A stretch of 63,951 nucleotides of DNA, filler included, from Octopus bimaculoides (Eukaryota), in the NCBI RefSeq assembly GCF_001194135.2. It is 5 parts of 4 records of this genome, joined end to end, with 100 filler letters (N's around TTAATTAATTAA, not from the genome) between each part and the next. Parts side by side here need not be neighbours in the genome. Positions count along the whole stretch, not along the records: positions 1 to 31,427 come from NC_068989.1; positions 31,528 to 37,280 come from NC_068984.1; positions 37,381 to 49,549 come from NC_068984.1; 2 more parts are not named here. One strand, given 5' to 3'. Made by a program: the position numbers and the translations under genes. Every line of letters starts with the position of its first letter. Position 1 is the stretch's first letter. Positions 26,321-39,539 of this stretch are shown here, in pieces. The notes beneath the pieces are model-generated. The model made no database searches, was not told where the DNA came from, and saw only the letters and a list, made by a program, of their open reading frames with translations.

Positions 26321-28049
26321 TTAGTAGCTAAAGCTACAATAGTGAACATCTCAATATCACTCATACAAATTGTTGAGTTGTTCCCAATAAAATATTACAA
26401 CAGCTTTCTTTCTGCCTATGTGTCCCAGCCTTCACACAAACTCCACAGCTGCCTATAAAACTGGTGTGACATTCATTTATAAACCTAGTTCCATATGCAT
26501 CAGACACTCATATATATTATTAATACTCTTCTATGATTGTAAAATGTGGAGCCACAGGATTGTAGAGATATGCCACATGTTTGATTAGTAGTGCTTGAGA
26601 TATTCTTAATGTAGATGTTGGCAGATACAAAAATGCTAAGATGGAAAGAGAGCACATGTGGTTCTAACTACAATGAAGGTGTATGAGACCCAATTAGTTT
26701 AAAACCATGGCCTGCATCAAATCTGAACGTTCACTCTAGGTTTATAATGCAAAATTTATTTTAAACCTAGAAATATTTTCTAATATAGAATTAATTTAAG
26801 TGTTCTAAAGGATTTAAGCTTACCTTTTACTTCTCATTTTCTTAAACTGGACATTTAATGGCTTTCATTATGATATACTATCTGTTAAATATTACATATT
26901 AGATATTGGCTTGCAATCCCCATAGAAATGCCATGGTTATTTTGAAAACTCTAAGATAGTAGGAAGTTTATAGAAAACTATGGAATATACAATTTCTTTT
27001 AAAATTGTGTTTTGAAGAAGTCCACATAGGTAGTATTGAATGTGCAGTCTTATGAGACAATTCTCTAAAAGTTATATTCTTTGTTATACACTTGTCATTC
27101 CTACCATGAATGCTGTTATATATTTTTAAGTTTATGACAAGAAGTTAATCTTAAATATGGAAAAAAATTGAAAACAATCTATATATAATATTATTCTGCT
27201 ACTGTACAACTACATCGGTAATGCTTTATTAAATTTTCATATGCTGAATTACCATCTTATTTTCATATCAAAGGAAAGTTAATATGATTTTATGTTCAAA
27301 AAGTTCACTTTGTAACCATGTAGTTCTGGGTTTAGCCCCTTTAAGTAACACCTTGCATAAAAGTCTTCTATTATAACCCAAAGCTGATTAATACTTTGAG
27401 TGAAATTTGGTAGACACAGTATGTAAGCCCATTGTTTGTATGTGTGTTCATTCTTACACACACACTTGCATGATTGAGAGAACAAACAAAATATGTAGCA
27501 TTTAACACATTTTGTAGGAGTTACATATATTTTTAATAACTGTTTCATGGGTGTGTAGGACATGTCCACCTCATCACTTGTTAAAGGCAGAGTGAGGGAT
27601 TCTTTAGTGAGAAATTCAAGATGGTTTTTAAGTATTAAGCTCGTTGGTCATCTCAGGTCATTCTGAAAATGACACTAGCTGTTTTCTTTAGTTTTAGGTC
27701 GATGTGTTCAGATGTTAGGACAAGATGTTGTTAAGCTGCTAGCACCACTTTGAGAGCAGGCTGCAACCATAATTGTAACCAAACACCATCAAATTTGGTT
27801 ACTCTCACATACGCAAATGTGTTAATACACCACTAGACAACAACTGAGCTACTGACTTGTACCAACATCCCATCCTACCATGTGTGACACCCAGTGCAAG
27901 AAGCTGATGTCACTGAATACACTATGTTGCACCCTTCTGCCAATGTGATGCCAGCAACCTGCTAAAATCCTCTCAGAACACATGGACCTAAAAATAAAAA
28001 CAGTTAGTGTCACTTTCATAGCATTAATACCATGTGACCTCAGCTGATC

Positions 28050-28230
28050 ATATACATATATGAGAGGCTTCTGCAGAGTTTCCTACTAAATTCACTCATA
28101 AAGCATTTAGGTATTTGCAAGCCTGGGCCTATTTTAAAAAGCACTTACCCAAGGTGTCATGTAGTGGGACTAAACCCCAAATCACATGGTTGTGAAATGA
28201 ACTTCTTGCTCACCCAGCCATGTCTGTGCC
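28050..28230 (-). mobile_element. SINE family A 5' part, degenerate
   Basis: aaattcactcataaagc...acttacccaaggtgtcatgtagtgggactaaaccc. Confidence 0.7.
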
Positions 28231-28310
28231 TATACCCATAAGACAAAAGAAAATCACACACATTTCTGTGTAAAATAATTGAACTAGTTAATTGCATATA
28301 TAGTACTTAC

Positions 28311-28378
28311 TTTTCAGCTACATTATTATTTTTATATTTTTCAGTGATAGCAACAGTATCTTTACTTCCAGTTTGAGC
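28311..28378 (-). CDS. PARD3: Par-3 exon (most 5' exon found), AQTGSKDTVAITEKYKNNNVAE + AA; pre-PDZ1 linker
   Basis: Acceptor tctttttctttcag, donor AA|gtaagt. 68 nt, phase 0 to phase 2, open frame, joins the 23309 exon in frame (AA+A=Lys). No domain motif of its own. Confidence 0.75.
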
Positions 28379-28665
28379 CTGAAAGAAAAAGATTGTAAAA
28401 AATAAATTGAAGACTAAGAAAATTGCTGAAGTATAGCTTCGAAATGAAATCATAATTCACAAAATATAGTTAAATAAAAAAACAACAAACAAAGACATCA
28501 TTTTTCCCTCATCAAGACTAAATAAAGATATAAGTTTGTGTACTTGTGCATTTATTAAGGCTGTACAAAAGAATCTGGAAAAGCAGGAATCTAAGAAAAA
28601 GAAAATCAGCTTGTACAGAACTGCTGTATTAACCACTATCATGTACATTTGTATACATGCATACA

Positions 28666-28711
<46 letters not shown>

Positions 28712-29976
28712 NNNNNNNNNNNNNNNNNNNNNNNNNNNNNNNNNNNNNNNNNNAAAGCTGAGTTTGTGAGTGTGTGTGTGTGTGTGTGTTGCATCAATAG
28801 AAATCCACATTTTCCACTTTTTCGTAAAATTTTTTACATGAATGGAATTTTCTCGATGTCAACTTTCCAGTGCAGTAATTAGATTTTTAAAATTCCGTTT
28901 ACTTTGTGTGATTTAAGGGAGATTTGGCTGTTGTTTCTAGCAACTTCTATATTCCTTCCCTTCTACCTGGAACGGTGTTCTTACACATGTGCTCAACATA
29001 TAATATAGAGAGTAAGAGTAAAAGAGGGAGAGAGAGAGAGAGAGAGAAAGTGATACATACAAAGTCATAGATTAAACTTTCCTCTCAGTATTCTTTACCT
29101 ATTTTTCATAACATTGTTACGTAAAAACACACACAACCACACATACGTGATCTGTGACAACAACATACACATTGCTCTCGTTCTCTATTAATTTCTCCCC
29201 TCTTCCTCTCTCAAACGCATACACGTGCAATCATTCACAAAAATATAACTCATGTTCGTCAATGTGGCATAACTACAGAGTTGTACCCCACTGAATTTGG
29301 AAGGTCATAACTTTCAGAAAAATGAATATTTTTTAATGAAATTTTCTATGCATATATTATTTATTATGTANNNNNNNNNNNNNNNNNNNNNNNNNNNNNN
29401 NNNNNNNNNNNNNNNNNNNNNNNNNNNNNNNNNNNNNNNNNNNNNNNNNNNNNNNNNNNNNNNNNNNNNNNNNNNNNNNNNNNNNNNNNNNNNNNNNNNN
29501 NNNNNNNNNNNNNNNNNNNNNNNNNNNNNNNNNNNNNNNNNNNNNNNNNNNNNNNNNNNNNNNNNNNNNNNNNNNNNNNNNNNNNNNNNNNNNNNNNNNN
29601 NNNNNNNNNNNNNNNNNNNNNNNNNNNNNNNNNNNNNNNNNNNNNNNNNNNNNNNNNNNNNNNNNNNNNNNNNNNNNNNNNNNNNNNNNNNNNNNNNNNN
29701 NNNNNNNNNNNNNNNNNNNNNNNNNNNNNNNNNNNNNNNNNNNNNNNNNNNNNNNNNNNNNNNNNNNNNNNNNNNNNNNNNNNNNNNNNNNNNNNNNNNN
29801 NNNNNNNNNNNNNNNNNNNNNNNNNNNNNNNNNNNNNNNNNNNNNNNNNNNNNNNNNNNNNNNNNNNNNNNNNNNNNNNNNNNNNNNNNNNNNNNNNNNN
29901 NNNNNNNNNNNNNNNNNNNNNNNNNNNNNNNNNNNNNNNNNNNNNNNNNNNNNNNNNNNNNNNNNNNNNNNNNNNN

Positions 29977-30622
29977 GTTAGTGTTAGGATTAGGTTCAGG
30001 ATTAGGGTTGGGTAATCGTGCGGGTGTTAATCTGAAAAGTTACAGATATGTGAAAAGTACCGACCCTGCCATCTATTATAACTTTTGTTGTTCTGTTTAA
30101 TATATACATAGATTATGCCTCCAAAGAAGAGAGTTTGCTGGGGAAAGACAGCAACTGGTTTAAAATGACAGCAACAGACTGCAGTAATTCACCCCATTCC
30201 AGAAGTTAATTTGAACATAATGCAAAACGGTGCATCATCATCTACTGCCCAATCTGATAGAATTCTGGCAGAACTGTGTAGCAACAGATCACCAGCAATT
30301 GCTTCATCAAAAATTGCTGTCTTAGCTCCTGTGAAAAGGGATTACCCTGCTATGTATAATCAGGGCAGCGCAAAAAGTTGTTTTCCACAAGCATTTGTAT
30401 AGCCAATTAGACGGATGAAATTTACGTACACTTAATAATTTTACGCAAAACAGCTTTCAGACTTTCCCTATTAATTTCATCGTCTTCTGAATTATGAACA
30501 TATTTACATCATAAGGGTTTTTTCGTTGTAAGGCTTTCTTTTTTAGTTGATTTTCACCTAGCAAAACTTATCGTAGATGGCATAATAAGTCACACCTGGA
30601 CAAGGTCGGGTTATACTGTTAG

Positions 30623-30625
<3 letters not shown>
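29977..30625 (-). mobile_element. Helitron/Helentron-like fragment
   Basis: Minus-strand start actaacagtataacccgaccttgtccagg resembles actagcagagataaccggcttggctcg at ~1473. Contains ttagggtt-like repeats. Confidence 0.45.
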
Positions 30626-30657
<32 letters not shown>

Positions 30658-30671
30658 GTATATCTAAATAT

Positions 30672-31035
30672 ATATATAAAAATGAGAATGTGTGTGCGTG
30701 TGTGTCTGTGTGCTTCCCTAAAACTTGAGAACTACATAACCAATTTCATTCAAATTTTACACATGCCTTACTTAGGGTCCCGGTTGTGTTTTAGTCAAAA
30801 AAAATTTTAAACTTCTTGCATAGTTTGAGCCCACAACAACATAATATCTCCACTATTTAAGTATTACGTGTCAAAAGAGAAACAAAAACACTCATGCCAA
30901 ATACTTTCACTTTAAAAATGAAACTATTCCACTAACTGAAACAATCACATTTTGATACTGTAATGACAGATACTTTCACTTTAATGGATTCATTTTCATA
31001 CTGATTCTACTACACTGAAACTATACTCTCACATA
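30672..31035 (+). mobile_element. Helentron/DINE-1-like element
   Basis: tatatataaaaatgagaatgtgtgtg(cg/tc)tg...aaaacttgagaactacataaccaatttcattcaaattttacac; reverse complement of 7890-8185 and 40105-40335. Confidence 0.65.
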
Positions 31036-31427
31036 TATACAGGCATAAATACATATATACATACATGCATATATATATGTAACATTGATTTCAAGGCCTT
31101 CCCAAATGAGTGACTGGTTGTTCTAAGACATTTATTGATTGTAAATTTTTTCTGCAGTTACCTATCGGTATAGTGGTCATTTGCAAACTCCAGAGGCGAC
31201 GCTTTCATTTCCGTTTACTCCAAACGTCACACGTTATTTCAATTGGGTCATGCCCTTCCAATTGCTACAGATCCGTAATGCATCTTACAGTTGTGCCTGT
31301 TACCTGTATGGTGAGGAATCCTACATTGGGGAGTAGTAATGACTAGGCTAGGGTAGCTGACTGATTATCGTGATCATTCGTCTTTTGGTTTCCTGTAGCT
31401 TTGCTCTATTTTACAAACCCAGTGAAC

Positions 31428-31527
31428 NNNNNNNNNNNNNNNNNNNNNNNNNNNNNNNNNNNNNNNNNNNNTTAATTAATTAANNNNNNNNNNNNNNNNN
31501 NNNNNNNNNNNNNNNNNNNNNNNNNNN
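31428..31527. other. Artificial scaffold spacer N44-TTAATTAATTAA-N44 (also at 37281-37380, 49550-49649, 57526-57625)
   Basis: Identical 100-nt structure four times. TTAATTAATTAA is palindromic and places stops in all six frames. Confidence 0.95.
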
Positions 31528-31804
31528 ACACACACACACACATATCTATATATATATATATATATATATACGACACATATGCATGTACATACATATAGAA
31601 ATATGTTTTCATACAAAGAGATACGGAAATGTAAACCTTTAACTTATAATTCTCAAAGCATTTTTCTTTTCTGTTTAATATGTATATATATATACATATA
31701 TATATATAAATGTGTATGTATGTGTGTGTGCCTCTGTGCGTGTGTGAGTGTGTAGAAACAAAATCGAATACACATACAGAAGTTATGTGTGTTGTTAATT
31801 TGTG

Positions 31805-32353
31805 GGTCTGCTCCAGTTTTTAGGCATAAGAGAATATATACTCTATGCCCCTGGTGTAAAAAGAAACACCCGAAATTAAGTTATAGTCAAACGAAAGAAC
31901 TCACATAGGCCTCTTCTAGGAGCGACAAACATCGATGTTTCGTCATTGTTGTGACTTACCAAATTCCGCATACCAAACCATGCCCGCTGCAAGCTATATC
32001 GCTGACTATGCTAAATGTTTATATATTTCGAACAGCTTCGAATGCACATGTGAATGCACATCCTTGACATAATGCACTTTCGAATTCACATCCTTGATAT
32101 AAGATGTTGGAACATGCTAAGACATGGTGATTAAACCGTTTAGCATATTGTCATAGTCGGCAAAATGGCGTACAGTGGGCCTCGTTCAGTATGTGGCATT
32201 GATAAATCAGAACAATGACGAAACATAGATATCTGTCGCACCGAGAAGGCACCTACGTCAGTTGTCTCGCTTCACTATGTTTTATATTCTAGTGTATTTT
32301 GCACCATGGCCAAAAGGAATATACTCTCTGGCGCCTAAAAACCGCAGCCAACC
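31805..32353. mobile_element. Foldback/MITE-like element: long imperfect palindrome (~550 bp)
   Basis: Ends ggtctgctccagtttttaggcataagagaatatat / atatactctctggcgcctaaaaaccgcagccaacc pair. Inner arms gatgtttcgtcattgtt / aacaatgacgaaacat and ctatgctaaa / tttagcata also pair. Confidence 0.8.
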
Positions 32354-32364
32354 TAAGAACTAAC

Positions 32365-32440
<76 letters not shown>

Positions 32441-34390
32441 TAAAGTAAAAGAGAGAGTCAGACATACCTATTAAGCTAGATAACCAAATTACTGTATGAA
32501 ACCATGGATTCTACAAAAAAAAAAAGAAGAAATGTGTTTTAGAAGAGGATATAAACGCCTGCCTTTTATGCTTTATGTTTAGACAAAACAAAAAAAGCAA
32601 TTTTCTGCAGCAAAATATGTTTCTAACATATTCCAATTAGTAAGGAGAAAGAGAGATTAAAATTAAAAATTTAAACATTTTATTTTCAGAACTTCACACT
32701 AATTTTCATGCTTATTTAACCGAATGACTTAAATGTTTTACCGGTCTTTATTGTATCTAAATTGGCATTGATTGTGTTGCGGAAGTGGGAAAAGCAAAGA
32801 AAAGCTTGAAAACATTTCAAGTAACAATGGTAGATATAGTCAGCCTACGAATATGTGGAACATAAAGCTGTACAGCAATTAAATGAAGACTATTTCTGTG
32901 AATAACATAAATCTAGTAATTATGTAACATTTAATATTTTCCGATATGTTACATAATACCTGCAAACAAAAGTAGCTTCTCTGGAAAGATTTTATTAATT
33001 TTGTAAGAAATATGATAGAGTTACAAATGTACCCATATGTTCCTATGAGGAACAGGCTAAATTCTGAGTTTTTGTCGCACATTAAAATATTCAATTATGT
33101 ATATCGCCTCTGAAATCAAATACAGCATATCGTTTTAGAAAAGGAAACATTTTAGCTAATTTATATGTTTGCTAAAATATATGCTATAACTTAATAACGT
33201 AATAAACTCAATGCAATTTGAAAATTAATACAAGCAACACTTACACTATTGATTTCCTGCGGATACGTTTGCAACGTAATTGTTTAAAACTTTTTAGATA
33301 AACTATGATTATTAGTTTTGACGAACTTCATTTTAGCTGTTTAAAATAAATATAAAAATGAATTAGTTTTTAAAGTGAAATGCAAGTCATTTAAGTGCAC
33401 AAAGTGATACATATATATACACTATATTTTCTTACGATAAAGAAACATGCTTACTTCTATATCTTGATTTGGTTAAAATACTTGTATGTAGATCATAAAG
33501 CATAGTTACAATTTTAAACATAATTGCATATGGGAATATTCAATGAGATGACGATTGTTTTGCAAAGGAATATATGAAGCCTAGTTCATGAAGATGATTT
33601 TCACTGTTGTAGATATAATCTACTATTTCATTACAAAATTGCGAACTTGATTCTATTTATTAAATCAATATTTCATAGTTTTAAGTAAATGAGAAAAACA
33701 TACCGTTAATGAGTTAATGTTATAAAGAAGTTGAACTTCGAAAGCAATTATGTCAATATTACCTAATGTCAATATTACCTATACATGGAAGGAAGTATTT
33801 CTGTATTTGTCTAAGTCTAAGATCAGAGAATTGTCATTTTTGAAAGCATGTTTTGAAGGCTGATGCAGAATCGTGAGCAAAAATATTTTTATATTAAACT
33901 TTGACTGTAATAGTAGATAGAACTGAGTTTAAGGGAAAAGAAAACATACATTTTAGACTATCTCATATGTCTCAATCTAATATAATGAAGGTAGATCATC
34001 AATAACAATTTACCCAAAATAAAACTGTTATGTAACCAAATACTACATAGCAGTATTTTGTTTTTATTTTATTACAATATATCGCTAGGACACTGAGTTT
34101 CGATGATGACCCAGTTTCTGAAATTGGTTCTTTTACCTGTTTGATAATTCTTTCCTTGTAGGATATCAGTACACAAACTAAAATTGATGCATTATGTTGA
34201 ATTACTGGGACCTATTTTGTCTTGTGTTTCAGTGAAAATACTATTCATATCCTACATTGGACTTATCTTTTTCTATCAAGATGTTTGGAAAATACAAACT
34301 TCTCTTAAATACTGATAGACATGTATTCTTAATTTCTTTTCGGTCTTGCTCAGATAAACTGGACATATTTTCGGGAAGAGAGAGAGAGAT

Positions 34391-34451
<61 letters not shown>

Positions 34452-34964
34452 GACAGACAGAGACAGAGACTTAATGCAATCATTTGGATTAGTCCATCTT
34501 AAAAAAAGCTTAACCCTGGATAATGCAGATCACAAGGCAGATTAAAGAGATAATCATGAATGTAACCAAAACATCTTTGCTCATTGGCTTCCTCAAATAT
34601 CAATCGAACTACACAACAAATTATTCAGTAAGTAAAAAGAATGCAAAAAATGAAAGGACAAATGAATGAAATATAAACATTACATGATCGCAAGAAATAA
34701 ACCAATTCCTCACTATCTAAATATAGGAGCTCTGCCAATACGTGCGACTTAGGAATGGCGATAAAACCTTTGTCACCATGCTTCCTACCATCTTAAAAGG
34801 AAAATACATATTGGAAATATTTAATCATGTATTTACAAAAAGGGGGTGTTCCTCAAAGTTGAGACGCCATTCATCATAATATTTCTCGCTCAGGTTTAGC
34901 CTGTGGTTCAAACAATAGCAACATGAAACATTTTCACGGAAATTTTCATTGTTTTTTTTTGTCC

Positions 34965-35240
34965 CCAGCTGATACGATCAACGGAACAGCTTGCAAGTGA
35001 CTGAGCAATCCACAAACACGTGTACCCCTAATGTAGTTCTCAGGGATATTCAGCGTGACACAGATTGTGCCAAGGCCGGCCCTTTGAAATACAGGCACTA
35101 CTCATTTTTGCCAGCTGAGTGGACTGGAGCAACGTGAAATAAAGTGTCTTGCTCAAGGACACAACGAGTCGCCGAGAATCGAACTCACGAGCTTACAATC
35201 GCGAGCCGAATGCCCTAACCACTAAGCCACGCGCCTTCAC
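34965..35240 (-). mobile_element. SINE family B variant with CORE-like segment
   Basis: Shares gatcaacggaacagc...gatattcagcgtgacacag with 25189-25571; carries aaagtgtcttgctcaaggacacaac. Confidence 0.8.
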
Positions 35241-37140
35241 ATTATGTATACATCAATGAAAATGCGTTTGTTTGCGTAAAATGTTCAGGTTTATTTGAGC
35301 AATATCTAACTTTTCAGATAAATCAATCGTCGTTAATGTAAAAGATAAATTATCTGTATTTGTTAATTAACATTTCCACATAAACACACCAATGGAAAAT
35401 GTCCTTATTGGTGGCCACCCTATAAAAATAATATTCTTGGCCTATTAGCCTTGAAGATTTCTACAAACCAAATCTATTCACTAGAAAATGTCATTATATT
35501 TTGAATTCCAGGGAAGTGCTAAACAATATTTCAGTCAAATAGAATCGAGTTCATACATCTTCATCCCAAATTAACTAGCTATTCTTTCGTCCCTTTCAAT
35601 TATATGTGAAACCTCAGAAATGGTGGTCAGTAAAATAGTGAACACAATTAGTGTGCTTGTGAAACATTCGTGCAGCATTGCAAAACATTATGAAGATTTA
35701 ACAAGAAAACAAATACTATAGAAATGAATTTAACAATATGAAGACACCTTTTTCTGCTGGTAATATTTTTGTAATTTTTGTCACTAATCATAGGATATTC
35801 ACGTTTAATGAAGCAATTTGTTTATTCTAATAACCATTTATTTCTATTAGGGTCATCTCGGAACTATGAGGAAATACATTGCTCTTCCTAAATATTGGGA
35901 ACAGATCAATTATGCGAAAAACCTTTATGATCTAAATTACATGTTAGTAAAAGTGTTTGTCTATTCAAGAAGTCATTTCTTTCAGTATCTTCATTTTTGT
36001 ATTTATTTCACCTCACTCTGCTTATATTACGATATAAAAGAGAAACATTTTCTCCTTTTTTTAGAAAATTTTATACCATTTCCACGCTAAATTTCCAGTT
36101 GTAAGATGTACTGAAAATTATGTTTATAACCAATACCAGATATTGGTTTCTTTTAACAGATTATTCATATTGTAAAATTAATGACTCGGTAATGAGGTTT
36201 CATATTGTATATCTGCAGAAAGAGAGTATTATTATGACAGCACGGTATTCTGTATTAGGAAAAAAAAAATTAACAATATTCATTCTCATTCGTCTATATT
36301 TGTTGCCAGCATACACATTCATATACTTATACATTCATACATTTACACACAAATACACACACACACACATATACATATATATATACATATGTTTGAGTGT
36401 ACATATGCGTCTTAGTGCGATTAATGAGAATTACAACAGATATTATGTTATATTATATGATTGAGCATAATCTAAATCTTAGTGTTATGAAAAGCAAAAG
36501 GATTAGCATAGAATATGAATTTAAATATTGTCTTCAAAGAATTAACAGAGCACATGAATTTGAGAAGCTTATAATTATCCTGCACGTTATTAAACGAAAG
36601 GAATTTACAGTAGGTAAATAGTTTATAGACATCATCATTATAACAATGTGAACCGTTAATAGAAATCGGTTACTTTACATAAAGACCTATTAAATCAAAT
36701 TCCGTTTGGAATAAGTAATACCTGCACCTTTGAATAGATAATGGATACAACTGCATGGGTTCTCTATTGCTGACATTAACTAATACTGTTAAATGATTAA
36801 GGTATCTTCAGTAAAATGACGATTAATGTTCACCATAATTTGTTTCCGCACATCAGTCTTTAGTACTAACATAATTATCAATATAGTCCGATTGCTTCAC
36901 AGAATTCTGCTCACAGCGTTTTATATTTCTTTATATGCTTTTTCCTTGGATCAATGAGATTAAGCAACTAAAGTTTTTAATTCTTATAATTTAATATTCC
37001 ACATCAAAAATAAGTTTAAGTATGTCCACTAGTAGCAGTATAAAGAAAAGTTGAAATATGCCCTTGGGGTGGTGGTCTGGAAATATATTCATTTACTTTG
37101 CGAAACTTTGAAACTGGCTAAGTAAATCTGAATAAATCGT

Positions 37141-37186
<46 letters not shown>

Positions 37187-37380
37187 ATGTATGCATGTAT
37201 GAATGTATGTATGTACAGTCATATATATATGCATATATGTATAGATACACATACAAACTCACACTCATGTGTATGCATGTNNNNNNNNNNNNNNNNNNNN
37301 NNNNNNNNNNNNNNNNNNNNNNNNTTAATTAATTAANNNNNNNNNNNNNNNNNNNNNNNNNNNNNNNNNNNNNNNNNNNN

Positions 37381-37418
<38 letters not shown>

Positions 37419-37944
37419 CAGACATACATATATACTTATATATGTGAGTTGTGTGTGTGTTTGTGTGTGTCTCTTTCTTTGTGTATATATGCAATGTGCA
37501 TGAAAGATGCATTTTAAAACTAGGATTGTTTCATAATTTTGGTGTGATGCAGATGAGAGTCTTGAAATAAAACGCTATTTGTATGTACTCTGCCCAAATA
37601 GTCCTGTTTCTATTTACAAGGGCTATTTCGCAGATGCAGTGTATAATAAAATGATCAACTGAGTAACACAATGAAAGGATTTCAGTGGAATGAAATTCAC
37701 AGCCTATAAACAAATAGTCCAGTAACTTATCCACTTAGCAATCAGATCTCTTACCTATAAGATGAAGCAAAACCCATTATTGATTGGTTAAAAAGGATGC
37801 TAGACTTGAGATTTATTGTAGATGTGAGAAGCAGTCATGCTTTCCTCTTCAAACTATAGCAACACATAAAAAGGCTTTAAGGATTTCAACTGGAAATCAA
37901 AACTGAAATCATAGATTAAAATCACCAGAAACTTACCTATTGTT

Positions 37945-38125
37945 CTAGAACCACTTCGCATAGCACCAGAATAGTTATATGGATTTGCATCACATCATAC
38001 AGTATCACACACACACACACACACACACACATTTTCAGGTTCAGTCTCACTGCATAGCACCATAGACAATCCCAGATTAAACAAATTTTTGTGAGTGGAT
38101 TTGGTGGAAAGAAACTAAAGGGAAC
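37945..38125 (+). mobile_element. SINE family A 5' part, degenerate
   Basis: caggttcagtctcactgcatagcacc...tgtgagtggatttggt..aaagaaactaaag. Confidence 0.6.
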
Positions 38126-38372
38126 CAAGTATATCTGTTTCTATACATAATATACATACATACATACATAGTATGCACACAAGAGACTGTTCATATTCAA
38201 GATAAAATTCCACAGTTTTATTTTGTTGGACTGTGCTATATTTCTCCATAAAAAATTTCCAAAGATGCATATTTCAATGTCTGAATGAAAAGACAAAATA
38301 TAATTATAAGCAAAATAGCTTTGAATTTCTTAAGTAGTAGTGTGATTTCTGTGCCACCCTGTATGTATGTGC

Positions 38373-38409
<37 letters not shown>

Positions 38410-38413
<4 letters not shown>

Positions 38414-38490
38414 AAGTCACCACACAGTGCTACTGAACCCAGGACCATGTGTTTTGGAACCAAGTTTCTTACCACACAACCACACCTGCA
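38410..38490 (-). mobile_element. SINE family A head
   Basis: gtgctactgaacccaggaccatgtg...cttaccacacaaccacacctgcacct. Confidence 0.7.
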
Positions 38491-39539
38491 CCTATGTGTG
38501 TGTGTGTGTGTGTGTATATAGGTGTATGCATGTATATATATGTATATATATGTGTACATATATATCTATACCTATATATATACATGTATACATATACAGC
38601 TATACATATACATGTATACATATACATCTATATACATACATGTATATATATATATACATCAANNNNNNNNNNNNNNNNNNNNNNNNNNNNNNNNNNNNNN
38701 NNNNNNNNNNNNNNNNNNNNNNNNNNNNNNNNNNNNNNNNNNNNNNNNNNNNNNNNNNNNNNNNNNNNNNNNNNNNNNNNNNNNNNNNNNNNNNNNNNNN
38801 NNNNNNNNNNNNNNNNNNNNNNNNNNNNNNNNNNNNNNNNNNNNNNNNNNNNNNNNNNNNNNNNNNNNNNNNNNNNNNNNNNNNNNNNNNNNNNNNNNNN
38901 NNNNNNNNNNNNNNNNNNNNNNNNNNNNNNNNNNNNNNNNNNNNNNNNNNNNNNNNNNNNNNNNNNNNNNNNNNNNNNNNNNNNNNNNNNNNNNNNNNNN
39001 NNNNNNNNNNNNNNNNNNNNNNNNNNNNNNNNNNNNNNNNNNNNNNNNNNNNNNNNNNNNNNNNNNNNNNNNNNNNNNNNNNNNNNNNNNNNNNNNNNNN
39101 NNNNNNNNNNNNNNNNNNNNNNNNNNNNNNNNNNNNNNNNNNNNNNNNNNNNNNNNNNNNNNNNNNNNNNNNNNNNNNNNNNNNNNNNNNNNNNNNNNNN
39201 NNNNNNNNNNNNNNNNNNNNNNNNNNNNNNNNNNNNNNNNNNNNNNNNNNNNNNNNNNNNNNNNNNNNNNNNNNNNNNNNNNNNNNNNNNNNNNNNNNNN
39301 NNNNNNNNNNNNNNNNNNNNNNNNNNNNNNNNNNNNNNNNNNNNNGAGTTACAGGATACAAACACATCAACATCTGTTGTCAAGCAATGGTAGAGTAACA
39401 AATATAAACACAAACACATACACACACACATATGTATAGGATTGGCTTTTTTCAGTTTCTTTCTAGCAAACCACTCACAAGCTGTGTGTTTTGAAAGATA
39501 AGTAGTAACAAGTGAGTTAAACAACATGCACCCTGACTA

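Noticed and set aside
30211-30402. 63-aa + strand ORF (MNIMQNGASSSTAQ...)
   Set aside because: Lies within a Helitron-like fragment, has no splice signals or recognisable homology, and the minus-strand frames are closed.
31472-31483. TTAATTAATTAA motif recurring four times (also 37325, 49594, 57570) as a possible biological signal
   Set aside because: Always centred in exactly 44+44 Ns; an artificial six-frame-stop gap spacer.
37755-37777. Mini ORF MGFASSY+AG|gtaaga, phase-compatible with the PDZ1 exon
   Set aside because: Seven codons plus a donor-like site is expected by chance in AT-rich DNA.
38367-39527. Long ORFs of 150-340 aa in the ORF track (also 2442, 7289, 29297, 40439, 58318, 59637, 62552)
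   Set aside because: They consist mainly of X from N gaps.
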